A stretch of DNA of 64,000 bases from a virus (Duplodnaviria > Heunggongvirae > Uroviricota > Caudoviricetes), in IMG/VR virus record IMGVR_UViG_2681813455_000010, positions 1-64,000 of that record, one strand, 5' to 3'. The notes under the pieces were generated by a model. That model ran no database searches. It was not told the DNA's origin and saw nothing but the letters and a program-made list of their open reading frames with translations. Position numbers and translations under genes: made by a program. Within the stretch, counting starts at the first letter, position 1. Each line of letters starts with the position of its first letter. Shown in pieces: positions 31,282-46,220 of the stretch.

Positions 31282-31922
31282 TTGTCGGTATACCTCTCTC
31301 GTTTGCTCAGTTGTTCAGGAATATGGTGCAGCAGCTCACTGTCGCCACAGTAAATGGCGGCATGATTCGGCACCGATGAACCAAAACAGCACAGCAGCAC
31401 ATCGCCCGGCTGTGCCGCTGACAACGGCACCTGATACAGCCCCGTCGCCTCCAGATTATCCAGATAGAGATTCTGGCCGTTACGCCACCAGTCATCCTCA
31501 CGATGAAAGTCCGGCATCTCAATCCCCGCCAGATGATAAGCATCCCGGAACAGGGTGTAACAGTCCGTCACACCGTGCTCAAAGCGCCGCCCGGTAAGAT
31601 GCGGCACACAGCGGAACTTATGAATCGTCCCCCGGCAGACCAGCCACCACGGCAAATCACTCTGCACCTGCAGCCGCCGGTCGGCCTCACTCAGCCAGGG
31701 CAGACCACCGGGGTGGCTGTGGACCAGCGCCACAATCTCACCCTGCATTTCTGCCTGCAGCCAGTCTTCCGGAGACATCCGGAAATACTCCTCCGACTCA
31801 CCGGAGATATTCACGCAGGGAAAATATCTTTCCCCCTCCGGCGTTCTCACCACGAAGCCGCACGACTCCGCTGGCGCACATCGTCGGGCGTGCGCCAGAA
31901 TCGCTGATTCTGTCTCTGTCAT
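31179..31922 (-). CDS. K: tail assembly protein K
   Basis: Matches lambda gpK; overlaps I as in lambda. Confidence 0.9.
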   Translation of the reverse strand: MTETESAILAHARRCAPAESCGFVVRTPEGERYFPCVNISGESEEYFRMSPEDWLQAEMQGEIVALVHSHPGGLPWLSEADRRLQVQSDLPWWLVCRGTIHKFRCVPHLTGRRFEHGVTDCYTLFRDAYHLAGIEMPDFHREDDWWRNGQNLYLDNLEATGLYQVPLSAAQPGDVLLCCFGSSVPNHAAIYCGDSELLHHIPEQLSKRERYTDKWQRRTHSLWRHRAWHASAFTGICNDLAAASTFV

Positions 31923-31927
31923 GGGAT

Positions 31928-32626
31928 TTACTGCGAAAGTTTGTTAATGGAAAGGAAGCCGCCAAAGTTGCCGACGTTATTGCGAAACTTACAGCCACTC
32001 AGGCATTTGCTGCATTTATCCTTCGTGATATCGGACGTCGGCTGGTCATATTCATCCGCGACCGCCGGACCGTTATAACCGCACTCATCACCGCGATAGA
32101 TCCAGGTGCAGGTATTAGCCAGCATAATGCGCCCCGGAAAAACGGCACCATCCGTTTCAGTCGGCGTGGACAGTACAAAGGAGGCACTGACCGCGCTCAA
32201 TTCGCTGCACTGCTCGATGCGCCAGCGGCTAATCACCTCCTGCTCCGGATCGGCGTCGCTGTTTCCGTTGACGAAGTTCACCGCATCCAGAAAACGGGCA
32301 TAAACCTTACGCCTGACCACCGTTCCGCCGACCAGACTCTGCAGATCTTCCACCATCCCGGTGACCATGCCGTACAGGTTAGAGACTGCCAGCGTGGGGC
32401 GCGTACTGGTGCCTTTGCCATTCAGTTCAAAACCACTCCCCTGAATGGGATACGCCAGATACTGCCGCCCCTGCCAGGTGACCGGCTCACCTTTTTCGTT
32501 CTGCTCATTACAGAAAAAATAGCGTTCACCACCGACCTCTGTCAGATCGATTTCCCAGAGCACCACGCTGGCCGACTGCTCCGCACGGGTGCATTCATTC
32601 AGTGTTTCCTGCCGGATATCCTGCAT
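31928..32626 (-). CDS. L: minor tail protein L
   Basis: Matches lambda gpL. Confidence 0.9.
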   Translation of the reverse strand: MQDIRQETLNECTRAEQSASVVLWEIDLTEVGGERYFFCNEQNEKGEPVTWQGRQYLAYPIQGSGFELNGKGTSTRPTLAVSNLYGMVTGMVEDLQSLVGGTVVRRKVYARFLDAVNFVNGNSDADPEQEVISRWRIEQCSELSAVSASFVLSTPTETDGAVFPGRIMLANTCTWIYRGDECGYNGPAVADEYDQPTSDITKDKCSKCLSGCKFRNNVGNFGGFLSINKLSQ

Positions 32627-32955
32627 CAGTTCACCACCTGTTTAAACTCTGCGCTGAACTCAACACGCAGCATACTGACCCGCGACGTCCATTTTGCGCA
32701 GGTCACCTTTATCTGCCGCCAGTCATAAGGCGGCGTCCACAGAAAGGCTTTCCAGCCGCCGTGCTCTGCCAGAAACGATTCCAGCGCCGTGGCCTCCCAA
32801 CGGGGGACAGAAATCGTCACGCTGTACGTTTTCAGGTTGGCATTCAGCCCGGCAGGCGCGCGCTGGGAGTAACCATCACCAAAGCGCACCTCCCTGACGG
32901 AAGGAGTCGAAGCCACATCCATACCCGGTTTCACTTTCCAGCGGAAGGTTTTCAT
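32626..32955 (-). CDS. M: minor tail protein M
   Basis: Matches lambda gpM; synteny. Confidence 0.9.
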   Translation of the reverse strand: MKTFRWKVKPGMDVASTPSVREVRFGDGYSQRAPAGLNANLKTYSVTISVPRWEATALESFLAEHGGWKAFLWTPPYDWRQIKVTCAKWTSRVSMLRVEFSAEFKQVVN

Positions 32956-35531
32956 CGTCCACCTCCGGAGAACAGACCACCATCACGCATCTGCCCGGTC
33001 ACAACATCCATTGCCGCCTTACGGGCTACGTCATAAACCGCCTTCAGCGCCTGTGGCCCTATCTGACCGTTCGTGCCGTCGTTGTTAATCACCACATGGT
33101 TATTCTGCTCAAACTTCCCGGACGCCTGCGACCGGCTGTCCGCCATGCTGCCCGGTGTACCGACATAACCGCCGGTGGCATAGCCGCGCATCAGCCGGTA
33201 AAGATTCCCCACGCCAATCCGGCTGGTTGCCTCCTTCGTGAAGACAAATTCACCACGATGAACAATCCCCGCAGGCTCATATTTGCCGCCGGTTCCCGTA
33301 AATCCCCCGGTCGCAAAATGGAATTTCGCCGCAGCTGCCTGAATGGCTGTACCACCTGACGCTGATGCGCCACTACTGGCAACACCGCCAATGGCGCTGC
33401 CGATACTCCCGACAATCCCCACCATTGCCTGCTTAAGCAGAATTTCTGTCATCATGGACAGCACGGAACGGGTGAAGCTGCGCCAGTTCTGCTCACTGCC
33501 GGTCAGCATCGCCGCCATATTCTGTGCAATACCATCAAAGGTCTGCGTGGCAGCACTTTTAACCTGCGACATACTGTCCGTGGCGCTCTCTTCCCACTCA
33601 CTCCAGCCAGACTTGAGGCCTGCCATCCAGCTCCCGCGAAGCTGGTCTTCAGCCGCCCAGGTCTTTTTCTGCTCTGACATGACGTTATTCAGCGCCAGAG
33701 GATTATCGCCATACTGTTCCTTCAGGCGCTGTTCCGTGGCGTCCCGCGCTGCCTGCCGGTCAGTCAGCCCCCGGTTTTTCGCCTCAATGGCTGCCCGTTT
33801 TGCCCGTTGCTGCTGTGCGAATTTATCCGCCTGCTGCGCCAGCGCGTTCAGGCGCTCCTGATACGTAACCTTGTCACCAAGTGCAGCCAGCTGGCGTTTG
33901 TACTCCAGCGTCTCATCTTTATGCGCCAGCAGGGATTTCTCCTGTGCAGACAGCTGGCGACGTTGCGCCGCCTCCTCCAGTACCGCGAACTGACTCTCCG
34001 CCTTCCACAAATCCCGGCGCTGCTGGCTGATTTTCTCATTCGCTCCGGCATGCTTCTCCAGCATCCGGAGTTCTGCCTGAAGCGTCAGCAGGGCAGCATG
34101 AGCACTGTCTTCCTGACGATCGCCCGCAGACACTTTCACGCCGGACTGCTTCGGCTTTTTCAGCGTCGCTTCATAGTCCTTTTTCGCCGCCGCCATCAGC
34201 GTGTTGTAATCTGCCTGCAGGATTTTTCCGTCTTTCAGAGCCTTATTCAGTTCCTCCTGGCGGGCGGTATATTTCTCCAGCGGTGTCTGCAGGCGTTCGT
34301 AAGCCTTCTGCGCCTCTTCGGTATATTTCAGCCGTGATGCCTCAGACTCGGCCCGATCTTTTGCTGCCATCTCACTGGCCTTTTCAAGATCTGCCTGCAA
34401 CGTGGCGGCTGAAAGCCCAAGTCGCGCATTCTCTCTCTTCTCCCATGCCCCCCGGAGATTGGCAAGAAATGCTGACGTTTTACCGCGCCGGTGGCTCCGG
34501 CTCTGATACCACTGCCATTTTTTATCCGCTTCATCAAAAGCCTTTTCAGCTTTGGCGAGCATATCAGCAGAGGAGTCCGGGCGGCCAATATCCAGCACCG
34601 CATCCCACATGGATTTGAATGCCTGTGCAGTCTTGTCTGCCCAGGTCTCCAGCGTACCCATGTTATCTTTCAGTTTACGGGTCTGGTCATCAAACCCTTT
34701 CGTTGCGGCCTCGTTCGCCGCCTGCAATGCCCCGGCTCCATCGCCGGAACGCTGCAACTGAGCAACATACGCAATCTGCTCTGCCGTCACGTTATGGAAC
34801 TGGCGCGCCATCGCCGTCAGCCCCGACGTCGGGTCTGTGGTCAGCTTCCCGAAGGCTTCAGCGACCTTGTCCACCTCCACGCCGGATGCAGAGGAGAAAC
34901 GCGCCACACTCTGGCTGATTGCCTCAAACTGCTCACCACCACGCACACCGGCATTCACCAGCGCCGTCAGTGACTCACTGGTCTGGTTAAACGTCAGCCC
35001 TGCCGCCTGCCCGGCTCTGGACAGGGCCAGCATACGATCTGCCGTCAGTCCCGCCTGATTACCGGAAAGAACCAGCGTTTTATTGAAATCGGACAGGGTT
35101 GAGTCACCCTGATACCAGGCATACGCCAGCGCACCGGTCGCCACCGCCAGCGAAGTGATACCAACCATCGGCGGGGTGATCGCACCGGCAAGCCCCCTGA
35201 ACATGGGGATCATCCCGCCGAAGGAGTCCTTCACCTGACCACCCTGTTGCAACAGGATCAGCCACGGATTCTGCCCCCCTGCAAGCTGTGTGGCCACGTC
35301 GGTGAACTGCGCAGGCAGCATACGCATGGCAGCTTTATACTGCCCGACGGAAATCCCCGCTTTCTGTGCAGCCAGCGCCTGCCGGTTCATTGACTGTTCA
35401 ACGACTGCCGCTGTTTTTTTCGCATCACTTTCCGTACCGGAAAAATGACGCCTGACTCTGGCCATCTGCTCGTCAAATCTGGTCGCATCCAGACTTAAAT
35501 CAACGACCAGATCGCCTACCGGTTCAGCCAT
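32952..35531 (-). CDS. H: tail tape measure protein H
   Basis: 859 aa; matches lambda gpH. Confidence 0.95.
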   Translation of the reverse strand: MAEPVGDLVVDLSLDATRFDEQMARVRRHFSGTESDAKKTAAVVEQSMNRQALAAQKAGISVGQYKAAMRMLPAQFTDVATQLAGGQNPWLILLQQGGQVKDSFGGMIPMFRGLAGAITPPMVGITSLAVATGALAYAWYQGDSTLSDFNKTLVLSGNQAGLTADRMLALSRAGQAAGLTFNQTSESLTALVNAGVRGGEQFEAISQSVARFSSASGVEVDKVAEAFGKLTTDPTSGLTAMARQFHNVTAEQIAYVAQLQRSGDGAGALQAANEAATKGFDDQTRKLKDNMGTLETWADKTAQAFKSMWDAVLDIGRPDSSADMLAKAEKAFDEADKKWQWYQSRSHRRGKTSAFLANLRGAWEKRENARLGLSAATLQADLEKASEMAAKDRAESEASRLKYTEEAQKAYERLQTPLEKYTARQEELNKALKDGKILQADYNTLMAAAKKDYEATLKKPKQSGVKVSAGDRQEDSAHAALLTLQAELRMLEKHAGANEKISQQRRDLWKAESQFAVLEEAAQRRQLSAQEKSLLAHKDETLEYKRQLAALGDKVTYQERLNALAQQADKFAQQQRAKRAAIEAKNRGLTDRQAARDATEQRLKEQYGDNPLALNNVMSEQKKTWAAEDQLRGSWMAGLKSGWSEWEESATDSMSQVKSAATQTFDGIAQNMAAMLTGSEQNWRSFTRSVLSMMTEILLKQAMVGIVGSIGSAIGGVASSGASASGGTAIQAAAAKFHFATGGFTGTGGKYEPAGIVHRGEFVFTKEATSRIGVGNLYRLMRGYATGGYVGTPGSMADSRSQASGKFEQNNHVVINNDGTNGQIGPQALKAVYDVARKAAMDVVTGQMRDGGLFSGGGR

Positions 35532-35958
35532 ACCGGACTCCTCCTGCGATCCCTTCTGATACTGTCATCAGCATTACGTCATCCTCCGTCATGCCCGCCA
35601 CATCCGGGGAAGCGGGGATAACTTCATTCCCGTCCGGGTCAAAGCGGACGCCTCCGGCAAGCCCTGCCGCTTTCTGCATCAGCACATCATCTTCAGGCTC
35701 TTCGTCAGCCTCACACCGGTTCAGCAGACTGAAATCCAGCGGATGCATATCCGGATCGCTGAAAAACAGGCTGAGTACGGTGTACGTCAGCCCGGAAAAG
35801 TGCATATCCAGCAGAACATCATGAAAATAATGGGTACTGTAAAAGCGGTGCCAGTCGGCATACTCCGTGGATGACATCCCGGCAAGCATGGCGCGCCAGT
35901 CGGGTCGCCCCATCTCACGCGCCAGTTTCAGGGCAAAACTCAGCTCACCGTCGAACAC
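35524..35958 (-). CDS. T: tail assembly chaperone T (expressed as G-T fusion by -1 frameshift)
   Basis: Synteny; overlaps G end; slippery GGGAAAG on coding strand at 35949-35955. Confidence 0.8.
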   Translation of the reverse strand: MFDGELSFALKLAREMGRPDWRAMLAGMSSTEYADWHRFYSTHYFHDVLLDMHFSGLTYTVLSLFFSDPDMHPLDFSLLNRCEADEEPEDDVLMQKAAGLAGGVRFDPDGNEVIPASPDVAGMTEDDVMLMTVSEGIAGGVRYG

Positions 35959-36362
35959 TTTCCCGCAGAAACAGGCTCTGCAGGCCCGGCGTCATCTGCC
36001 TGTTCAGGGGCATTATTCACCACAAACTCAGACATTCCGGACAGACGTAACACCACGTTTTCAGCCTGAGCAATTGCCTCCGTGGGCCAGGTGGTAAGCA
36101 CTTCCTGCTCAATCTGCGTAATGGCTTCATTCATGGACGGCAGCTTTGTCTTCTGCGGATGGTTATGCCACAGAGACATCGCCACCAGAAACGCCCCGCC
36201 TCTGATAAGATCCTCTACAGACACCTGCAGGTTGCCGCTGGATTCAGCCTTTTTTTCCTGCTCTTTCAACCAGGCAAGATGCTCAATACGCTGCAGGGCT
36301 GACAGTTCAGAAAGCGTGACGGTCACGCCGTTATGTTCAAATGATTCTGTTTTCAGGAACAT
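35940..36362 (-). CDS. G: tail assembly chaperone G
   Basis: 140 aa; synteny and sequence match lambda gpG. Confidence 0.85.
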   Translation of the reverse strand: MFLKTESFEHNGVTVTLSELSALQRIEHLAWLKEQEKKAESSGNLQVSVEDLIRGGAFLVAMSLWHNHPQKTKLPSMNEAITQIEQEVLTTWPTEAIAQAENVVLRLSGMSEFVVNNAPEQADDAGPAEPVSAGKCSTVS

Positions 36363-36377
36363 CGCTGACTCTCCGGA

Positions 36378-37118
36378 TTAACTGGCGGTGACGGTGATTT
36401 CTGCAACCGCAGCAAACTCACCATTACCGGATACAACCGGAATGTTGACCTTGCCTGCAGCAACGCCGTTCACGGTGATGGTCATACCACTGACCGACAC
36501 GGTGGCTTTTGTTTTATCCGCTGACACCGCACGGAAGCTCTTGTCGGTTGCGCCTTCCGGCTGGAAGGCCACGGTCAGCGTGGTGCTCTGCCCTTTCACT
36601 ACGGAAGCACTGGCTGGCGTTACCGTCATGCCGGTGGCCGCTGTTACCGTGCTGCGATCTTCTGCCATCGACGGGCGTCCCACATTGGTGACCTTCACCG
36701 TGCGGGTGATCACTTCCTTCGCCGTCACCGCTTTACCGATACTGCTGACCCAGCCACGGAACACATCGACCGTGCCGTTCGGGAAGCGGATTTTATAGGC
36801 ACGGGTATCACCTTCATTAAACCACGCCAGCAGCGCCTGCTGCCCCTGCTCTCCGGGCATCCACGCCAGCGTGAAGCTGGTATCTCCGGCTGATTTCTGC
36901 CCCTGCCCGGTCGCAGTCCAGTCCGCATCCTCATCATCGAGATAACTGTCGTCATAGGACTCAGCGGTCAGTTCGCCGGGCGTCAGGTCTTTAACTTTTG
37001 CCAGACGCGACCAGTCAACGTCTGAAAGCGGGTTCGCATAAGGGTCACCGTTCCCCTTATAAACCCACAGTGTGGTCCCGGCACCTTTCACCGGCATTGT
37101 TGGATTTGGTACAGGCAT
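36378..37118 (-). CDS. V: major tail protein V
   Basis: [22 protein letters not shown].. matches lambda gpV; start set at that ATG. Confidence 0.9.
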   Translation of the reverse strand: MPVPNPTMPVKGAGTTLWVYKGNGDPYANPLSDVDWSRLAKVKDLTPGELTAESYDDSYLDDEDADWTATGQGQKSAGDTSFTLAWMPGEQGQQALLAWFNEGDTRAYKIRFPNGTVDVFRGWVSSIGKAVTAKEVITRTVKVTNVGRPSMAEDRSTVTAATGMTVTPASASVVKGQSTTLTVAFQPEGATDKSFRAVSADKTKATVSVSGMTITVNGVAAGKVNIPVVSGNGEFAAVAEITVTAS

Positions 37119-37125
37119 ATCGTCC

Positions 37126-37521
37126 TCACATTTCATAGGTAATGACATAAGTCAGATCGGCTGAACTCCACAGGCCCGCATCATCGTCGCGTCGGTAGTC
37201 ATAGCCACTGGCCACCATACTGGTGATCAAATCTGACAGTGCCGGGATATCGCTCATCACCGGATAAATCCGGGACTCCATCCACGAATCCAGCTCTGAA
37301 TCCGGCACCTGAGCAGGCAGGAAAACTTCAATATGCAACTCCGCCTGCCAGGTATCGCTGTCCAGCTCTTCGCCCGTGTATTCAGCGCCGGTGAGATAAA
37401 CGGCAATTGCCGGAAAATCCGCCTCATCAAAAACAGCGGGGCGACCATCAAAAAGCGTCGCCCCGGTGTCATGCTTCTCCAGTGCATCCAGTACGGCTGC
37501 ACGGAGTTCAGTATGTTTCAT
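37126..37521 (-). CDS. U: tail terminator protein U
   Basis: Matches lambda gpU. Confidence 0.9.
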   Translation of the reverse strand: MKHTELRAAVLDALEKHDTGATLFDGRPAVFDEADFPAIAVYLTGAEYTGEELDSDTWQAELHIEVFLPAQVPDSELDSWMESRIYPVMSDIPALSDLITSMVASGYDYRRDDDAGLWSSADLTYVITYEM

Positions 37522-38096
37522 CGCTTTATTACCATTCTCAGTTGATGCTGCAGCGCATAGCCCAGCTCTTTCGGAAGACGCTCACGCCGTATCCGTTCAA
37601 TATTCTGTTTAAACGCCGTGGTCAGTGGCACCGCCATCGGGATTTTCACCACATCAATGGGGTAACGGTTTTTCCCGGCCACACGCTGCATAACATGCCA
37701 CCGGCCATTTTTCAGTTGCTGAATAAACGCGCCGGGAATACGACGGTTTCCCACCACAAGCACGCTGCCGCCACCTTTCAGGGATGAACGCTGCCCCTTT
37801 TTACGACGCCTGCGTCGGGACAGGACAACCCGCGCATTACCCAGCTTGATTACGGGCAAATCCCCCCGGTTAACCTTGATTCTGGCCTGCGGATTTTTAA
37901 CCGTAGCCCTTTTCAGCCTGGCCCTTTCCTTTACCAGTTTCCGGCGTACCTTTGTCTCACGGGCAACCTGTGACGCAGACTGCGATATCGCGGATGAAGC
38001 AACGCGGTTAATGGCCATTGCGGCGGCACCAGGCACCGCCGTTTTGCTGATACGGCTGAGGTTTTCAACGGCCTGCTCAAGACCTTTTATGGCCAT
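37518..38096 (-). CDS. Z: tail completion protein Z
   Basis: Matches lambda gpZ. Confidence 0.9.
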   Translation of the reverse strand: MAIKGLEQAVENLSRISKTAVPGAAAMAINRVASSAISQSASQVARETKVRRKLVKERARLKRATVKNPQARIKVNRGDLPVIKLGNARVVLSRRRRRKKGQRSSLKGGGSVLVVGNRRIPGAFIQQLKNGRWHVMQRVAGKNRYPIDVVKIPMAVPLTTAFKQNIERIRRERLPKELGYALQHQLRMVIKR

Positions 38097-38107
38097 ACAT
38101 CCCCCTT

Positions 38108-38461
38108 TCAGCGGCGACGGTTAACGGCAGGCGGTACGCCCCGCCCAAGCCAGAGATGACAGCTTCCGCCATCATCCGGCGAAACACGATCTATCCAGAA
38201 GTTTTCCTCACCGATGGTCAGCGTGTCTCCACGCCGCAGTTGCCGCACATCATCAGTCCGGACAAACAGGGATGGGCTGGAGCCTTCAACGCGCACGCCC
38301 TGTCCGGCATAGCTGATATTTTCAGGGTCATCAAAAACACCACGTATCACTGCACCGGACTGCTCACCGGATGTAATGGTGGCTGACGTTCCCATGTACC
38401 CGCGTATCGTTTCATCGGCGCGGGCAATGGCAGCATCGAACAGGTTATCGAAATCAGCCAC
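38108..38461 (-). CDS. FII: head-tail joining protein FII
   Basis: Matches lambda gpFII. Confidence 0.9.
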   Translation of the reverse strand: MADFDNLFDAAIARADETIRGYMGTSATITSGEQSGAVIRGVFDDPENISYAGQGVRVEGSSPSLFVRTDDVRQLRRGDTLTIGEENFWIDRVSPDDGGSCHLWLGRGVPPAVNRRR

Positions 38462-38472
38462 AGCGCCTCCCG

Positions 38473-38871
38473 TTATTGCATTCTGGCCAGGCCGCGCTCT
38501 GTCATTTCGGCTGCCACACCGGCAGAGACACGAAACGCCGTTCCCGGCAGCACAAATGCCACAGGTTCATCCCGCGTGGCGTGAAGTGCATCAGTATGCA
38601 GCGTCACCAGTGCCACGACCGTGACCAGTTCAGCCGTATCCTGAATCACGGTGTCCGGCTGCGCTGATACCACCTCATTTTCATGCCCGGTCAGCACATT
38701 TTCCGGGCTGAGAGGGGTGTCCTGACCGGCAGTGTCATCCGTGTCATCAAGCTCCTCTTCCAGCTCTGCCACACGGAGCGCCAGTTCTTCTTTCGTCCCC
38801 GTCAGGCTGACATCACGGTTCAGTTGTTCACCCAGCGAGCGGAGACGGGCAATCAGTTCATCTTTCGTCAT
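38473..38871 (-). CDS. FI: DNA packaging protein FI
   Basis: MTKDELIARLRSLGEQLNRD.. matches lambda gpFI; start set at that ATG. Confidence 0.85.
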   Translation of the reverse strand: MTKDELIARLRSLGEQLNRDVSLTGTKEELALRVAELEEELDDTDDTAGQDTPLSPENVLTGHENEVVSAQPDTVIQDTAELVTVVALVTLHTDALHATRDEPVAFVLPGTAFRVSAGVAAEMTERGLARMQ

Positions 38872-38912
38872 GGACTTCTCCACAGAGAGACAATGGCCCC
38901 GAAGGGCCATGA

Positions 38913-39938
38913 TTACGCCAGTTGTACGGACACGAACTCATCAGGGTCAGCCAGCAGCATCAGCGGTGCTGACTGAATCATGGTGAACTCACGTGCCGGA
39001 TCGCCGGTGGTCACCCAGTTTTTCGGGTAACGGGCAGAGGCGTTAATGCCTTCGCGCTGTGCGTCCGCATCCTGAATACAACCATAGGTGCGCAGACCGC
39101 GTGCCTGAGTGTTCCCCAGCACCATCGTGTTGTCCGGCAGGAAGTTCTTTTTGACGCCGTTTTCCACGTACTGTCCGGAATACACGACGATGGCAACATC
39201 GCCATACATACCCTTATAGGACACCGCTTTACCCAGGTCTTTTACCGCTGTCTCCAGCTCGGAATGAGAGCCACGACGGGTATCCAGCTTCTCCTTGACG
39301 GCTTTGAAGGAACGGAACAGCGCCCAGCCTTTCGGATCAAACACGATGATATTCACCACACCGCTGGCGTTCAGCGCGTAGGCTTCGATATCGTCGGTCG
39401 GGTCATACGTGGACTTGTCACGCTTGCTCCACTCCGTGCCGCCGGACTGCGTGATGTTATTCGCCGCACTGCGGCCCATATCCACCTCAACCGGATCGAA
39501 GGCTTCACCGGTCATGGTGTATTTGCCCTTAAGCACGGCAGAAACGGCCTGCATCTCTTCGACCTGAGCAATGGCCAGCTCTTCGTCACGCATGTTCTGC
39601 ATGATGATGCGACGGCGGCGGTAAGCCGGGTCCGCCAGATTCTGCGGATCTTCATCCGGCAGGCGACGCAGGGTCATCTGCGGATTCACCTCATGCTTCG
39701 GCTTGACATATCCCGGCGTAAATTCAGAGGTGGAGCCGCCACGGGAACGGATAACCTCACCGGAAACAATCGGCGAAACGTACAGCGCCATGTTTACCAG
39801 TCCCGGAATTTGTGAGAGATAGACTTTCTCCGTGGTGAAGGGATAGCTCTCACGGAAAAAGAGACGCAGAAACAGCGGATCAAACTTAAATTTCTGCTCA
39901 TTTGCCGCCAGCAGCTGGGCGGTTGTGTACATCGACAT
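38913..39938 (-). CDS. E: major capsid protein E
   Basis: 341 aa, matches lambda gpE. Confidence 0.95.
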   Translation of the reverse strand: MSMYTTAQLLAANEQKFKFDPLFLRLFFRESYPFTTEKVYLSQIPGLVNMALYVSPIVSGEVIRSRGGSTSEFTPGYVKPKHEVNPQMTLRRLPDEDPQNLADPAYRRRRIIMQNMRDEELAIAQVEEMQAVSAVLKGKYTMTGEAFDPVEVDMGRSAANNITQSGGTEWSKRDKSTYDPTDDIEAYALNASGVVNIIVFDPKGWALFRSFKAVKEKLDTRRGSHSELETAVKDLGKAVSYKGMYGDVAIVVYSGQYVENGVKKNFLPDNTMVLGNTQARGLRTYGCIQDADAQREGINASARYPKNWVTTGDPAREFTMIQSAPLMLLADPDEFVSVQLA

Positions 39939-39994
39939 AAAAAAAATCCCGTAAAAAAAGCCGCACAGGCGGCCTTTAGTGATGAAGGGTAAAG

Positions 39995-40327
39995 TTAAAC
40001 GATGCTGATTGCCGTTCCGGCAAACGCGGTCCGTTTTTTCGTCTCGTCGCTGGCAGCCTCCGGCCAGAGCACATCCTCATAACGGAACGTGCCGGACTTG
40101 TAGAACGTCAGCGTGGTGCTGGTCTGGTCAGCTGCAACAGCCAGAATGCCAACGGCAGCACCGTCGGTGGTGCCATCCCACGCAACCAGCTTACGGGTGG
40201 CGGTGTCAAGCATCAGCGGAGTCATTGCAGGCGCTTTCGCACTCAATCCGCCGGGCGCGGTTGCGGTATGAGCCGGGTCACTGTTGCCCAGCGGCTGGTA
40301 ATGGGTAAAGGTTTCTTTGCTCGTCAT
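39995..40327 (-). CDS. D: head decoration protein D
   Basis: [27 protein letters not shown].. matches lambda gpD. Confidence 0.9.
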   Translation of the reverse strand: MTSKETFTHYQPLGNSDPAHTATAPGGLSAKAPAMTPLMLDTATRKLVAWDGTTDGAAVGILAVAADQTSTTLTFYKSGTFRYEDVLWPEAASDETKKRTAFAGTAISIV

Positions 40328-40336
40328 AAACATCCC

Positions 40337-41636
40337 TTACACTGGTGTGTTCAGCAAATCGTTAACGGCATCAGATGCCAGGTTACCTGCAGCCAGTGGT
40401 GCCGGTGCACCCTGCATCAGACGATCCAGCGCAGTGTCACTGCGCGCCTGTGCACTCTGTGGTGCTGCGGCCAGAATGCGGCGGGCCGTTTCCACGGTCA
40501 TTCCGGGGGTTTCTGCCAGAACGCGCGCCTGTTCTTCGCGTCCGTGAGCCTCCTCACAGTTGAGGATCCCCATAATGCGGCTGTTTTCTGCCGCAACCGC
40601 TGCGGTGATCTGCGCGTTCACGTCCGGCTGCGCCGCGCTGGCGTTTTCGCCCTCCGTAGCTGGCACCACGTCAGTAACGTCAGCCTGCGAAGCGGTGGCT
40701 GAAACAGTTGTTGATTGAGTCTCTTTGGTCATTCGCCCTCCTGAGAGACGGGATTTACGTGCATCCAGTGCATCACGCATAACGGTGATCGCATCGGTGC
40801 TGTTGACAAGTTCATCAGCCAGTCCGGCATCAATGGCCTCCTGACCGCTGTACACTGCAGCCTCGGTATCCAGCACAGCCTGCACAGACAGGCCGGTATA
40901 TGCCGACACTTTCTGCGCAAACATCTGGCGGGTTGCATCCATCCGGGACTGCAGTGTTTCCCGGACGTTATCCGGAAGATGGCTGTAGGGGTTGCCATCC
41001 ACCTTATGGCTGCCGCTGTAAATCAGCGTGATTTCCACGCCCTGTTTCTCCAGCGCAGCACCGTAATTGCTGTGAGCCATCATGACGCCGATGGAGCCTG
41101 TCCGGGCGGTCTGCGTGACCAGGCGCCGGGAAGCGGCGCTGGCAAGCAACTGACCTGCACTGCAGTTCATGTCGTTGGCAAGCGCCCATACCGGTTTTAT
41201 GTCACGCACACGGGCGATGATGTCAGCGCAGTCAAATGCCCCCGCCACCATCCCGCCGGGCGTGTCCATATCGAGCAGAATGCCGTCCACCATCGGGTCG
41301 CTGGCAGCCTGTTGCAGACGGGCGATAATGCCGTTGTAACCGGTCATCCCCGAATACGGCTGCAGCGCCCGCGTCCGGCTGACCAGCGTGCCGGAAACCG
41401 GCAGCACGGCGATGCCGTTCATGACCTGATAACTGCGGGCCTGTCGTGGTCCGTCATCATCACCGGATAACGCCAGCGTCGCGGGTGCCTCCGGGGCAGT
41501 CAGGCTGTCACCGGACACCGCATCTGTCAGGCGGCTGATCCCAAGCTGGCCTGCAAGCGCACAAAAGAAAACCCGCGCATAGGCGGGTTCAAGCATCAGC
41601 GGCTCATTAAAGGCCATGCTGGCAATATGCGGGAGA

Positions 41637-41656
<20 letters not shown>
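40337..41656 (-). CDS. C: capsid assembly protease C (with nested scaffold Nu3)
   Basis: Matches lambda gpC from TAELRNLPHIASMAFNEP..; probable GTG start 41656 with AGGAGGAG SD. Confidence 0.9.
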
Positions 41657-45337
<3,681 letters not shown>

Positions 45338-45363
<26 letters not shown>

Positions 45364-45883
45364 TCAGCAACCCCGGTATCAGTTCATCCAGCGCGGCTGC
45401 TTTGTTCATGGCTTTGATGATATCCCGTTTCAGGAAATCAACATGTCGGTTTTCCAGTTCCGGAAAACGCCGCTGCACCGACAGGGGGATCCCGTCGAGA
45501 ATACTGGCAATTTCACCTGCGATCCGCGACAGCACGAAAGTACAGAATGCGGTTTCCACCACTTCAGCGGAGTCTCTGGCATTTTTCAGCTCCTGTGCGT
45601 CGGCCTGCGCACGCGTAAGTCGATGGCGTTCGTACTCAATAGTCCCTGGCTGGAGATCTGTCTCGCTGGCCTGCCGCAGTTCTTCAACTTCCCGGCGCAG
45701 CTTTTCGTTCTCAATTTCAGCATCCCTTTCGGCATACCATTTTATGGCGGCGGCAGAGTCATAAAGCACCTCATTACCCTTGCCACCACCCCGCAGAACG
45801 GGCATTCCCTGCTCCTGCCAGTTCTGAATGGTACGGATACTCGCACCGAAAATGTCAGCCAGCTGCTTTTTGTTGACTTCCAT
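45338..45883 (-). CDS. nu1: terminase small subunit Nu1
   Basis: 181 aa, matches lambda Nu1. Confidence 0.95.
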
Positions 45884-45889
45884 TGTTCA

Positions 45890-46080
45890 TTCCACGGACA
45901 AAAACAGAGAAAGGAAACGACAGAGGCCAAAAAGCTCGTTTTCAGCACCTGTCGTTTCCTTTCTTTTCATAGGGTGTTTTAAATAAAAACATTAGGTTAC
46001 GGCGAAGAAGAACGGAAACGCCTTAAACCGGAAAATTTTCATAAATAGCGAAAACCCGCGCGCCTTCCGCCCCGTGAGAG
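45890..46080. other. cos region (cosB/cosN), lambda-like; cosN approx 46055-46075
   Basis: Reverse complement matches the lambda left-end sequence through ..CGAAAACCCGCG; the 12-nt cohesive-end segment differs from lambda at several positions. Confidence 0.6.
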
Positions 46081-46220
46081 CTCAGGTCATCAGAAGGACC
46101 CACATTAAAGGCAGAATATTCACTCTGATATTACGCATTGTTTTGCTTTTGCAGATTCGCAATTTACGGTAAAAATCCTTTTGCTATTTCTTCGTACCAT
46201 AAATGCACAGGAGTATCTTA

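Noticed and set aside
33096-35058. Multiple plus-strand ORFs (87-176 aa) antisense to tape-measure gene H
   Set aside because: Same antisense artefact; no start signals and implausible composition.
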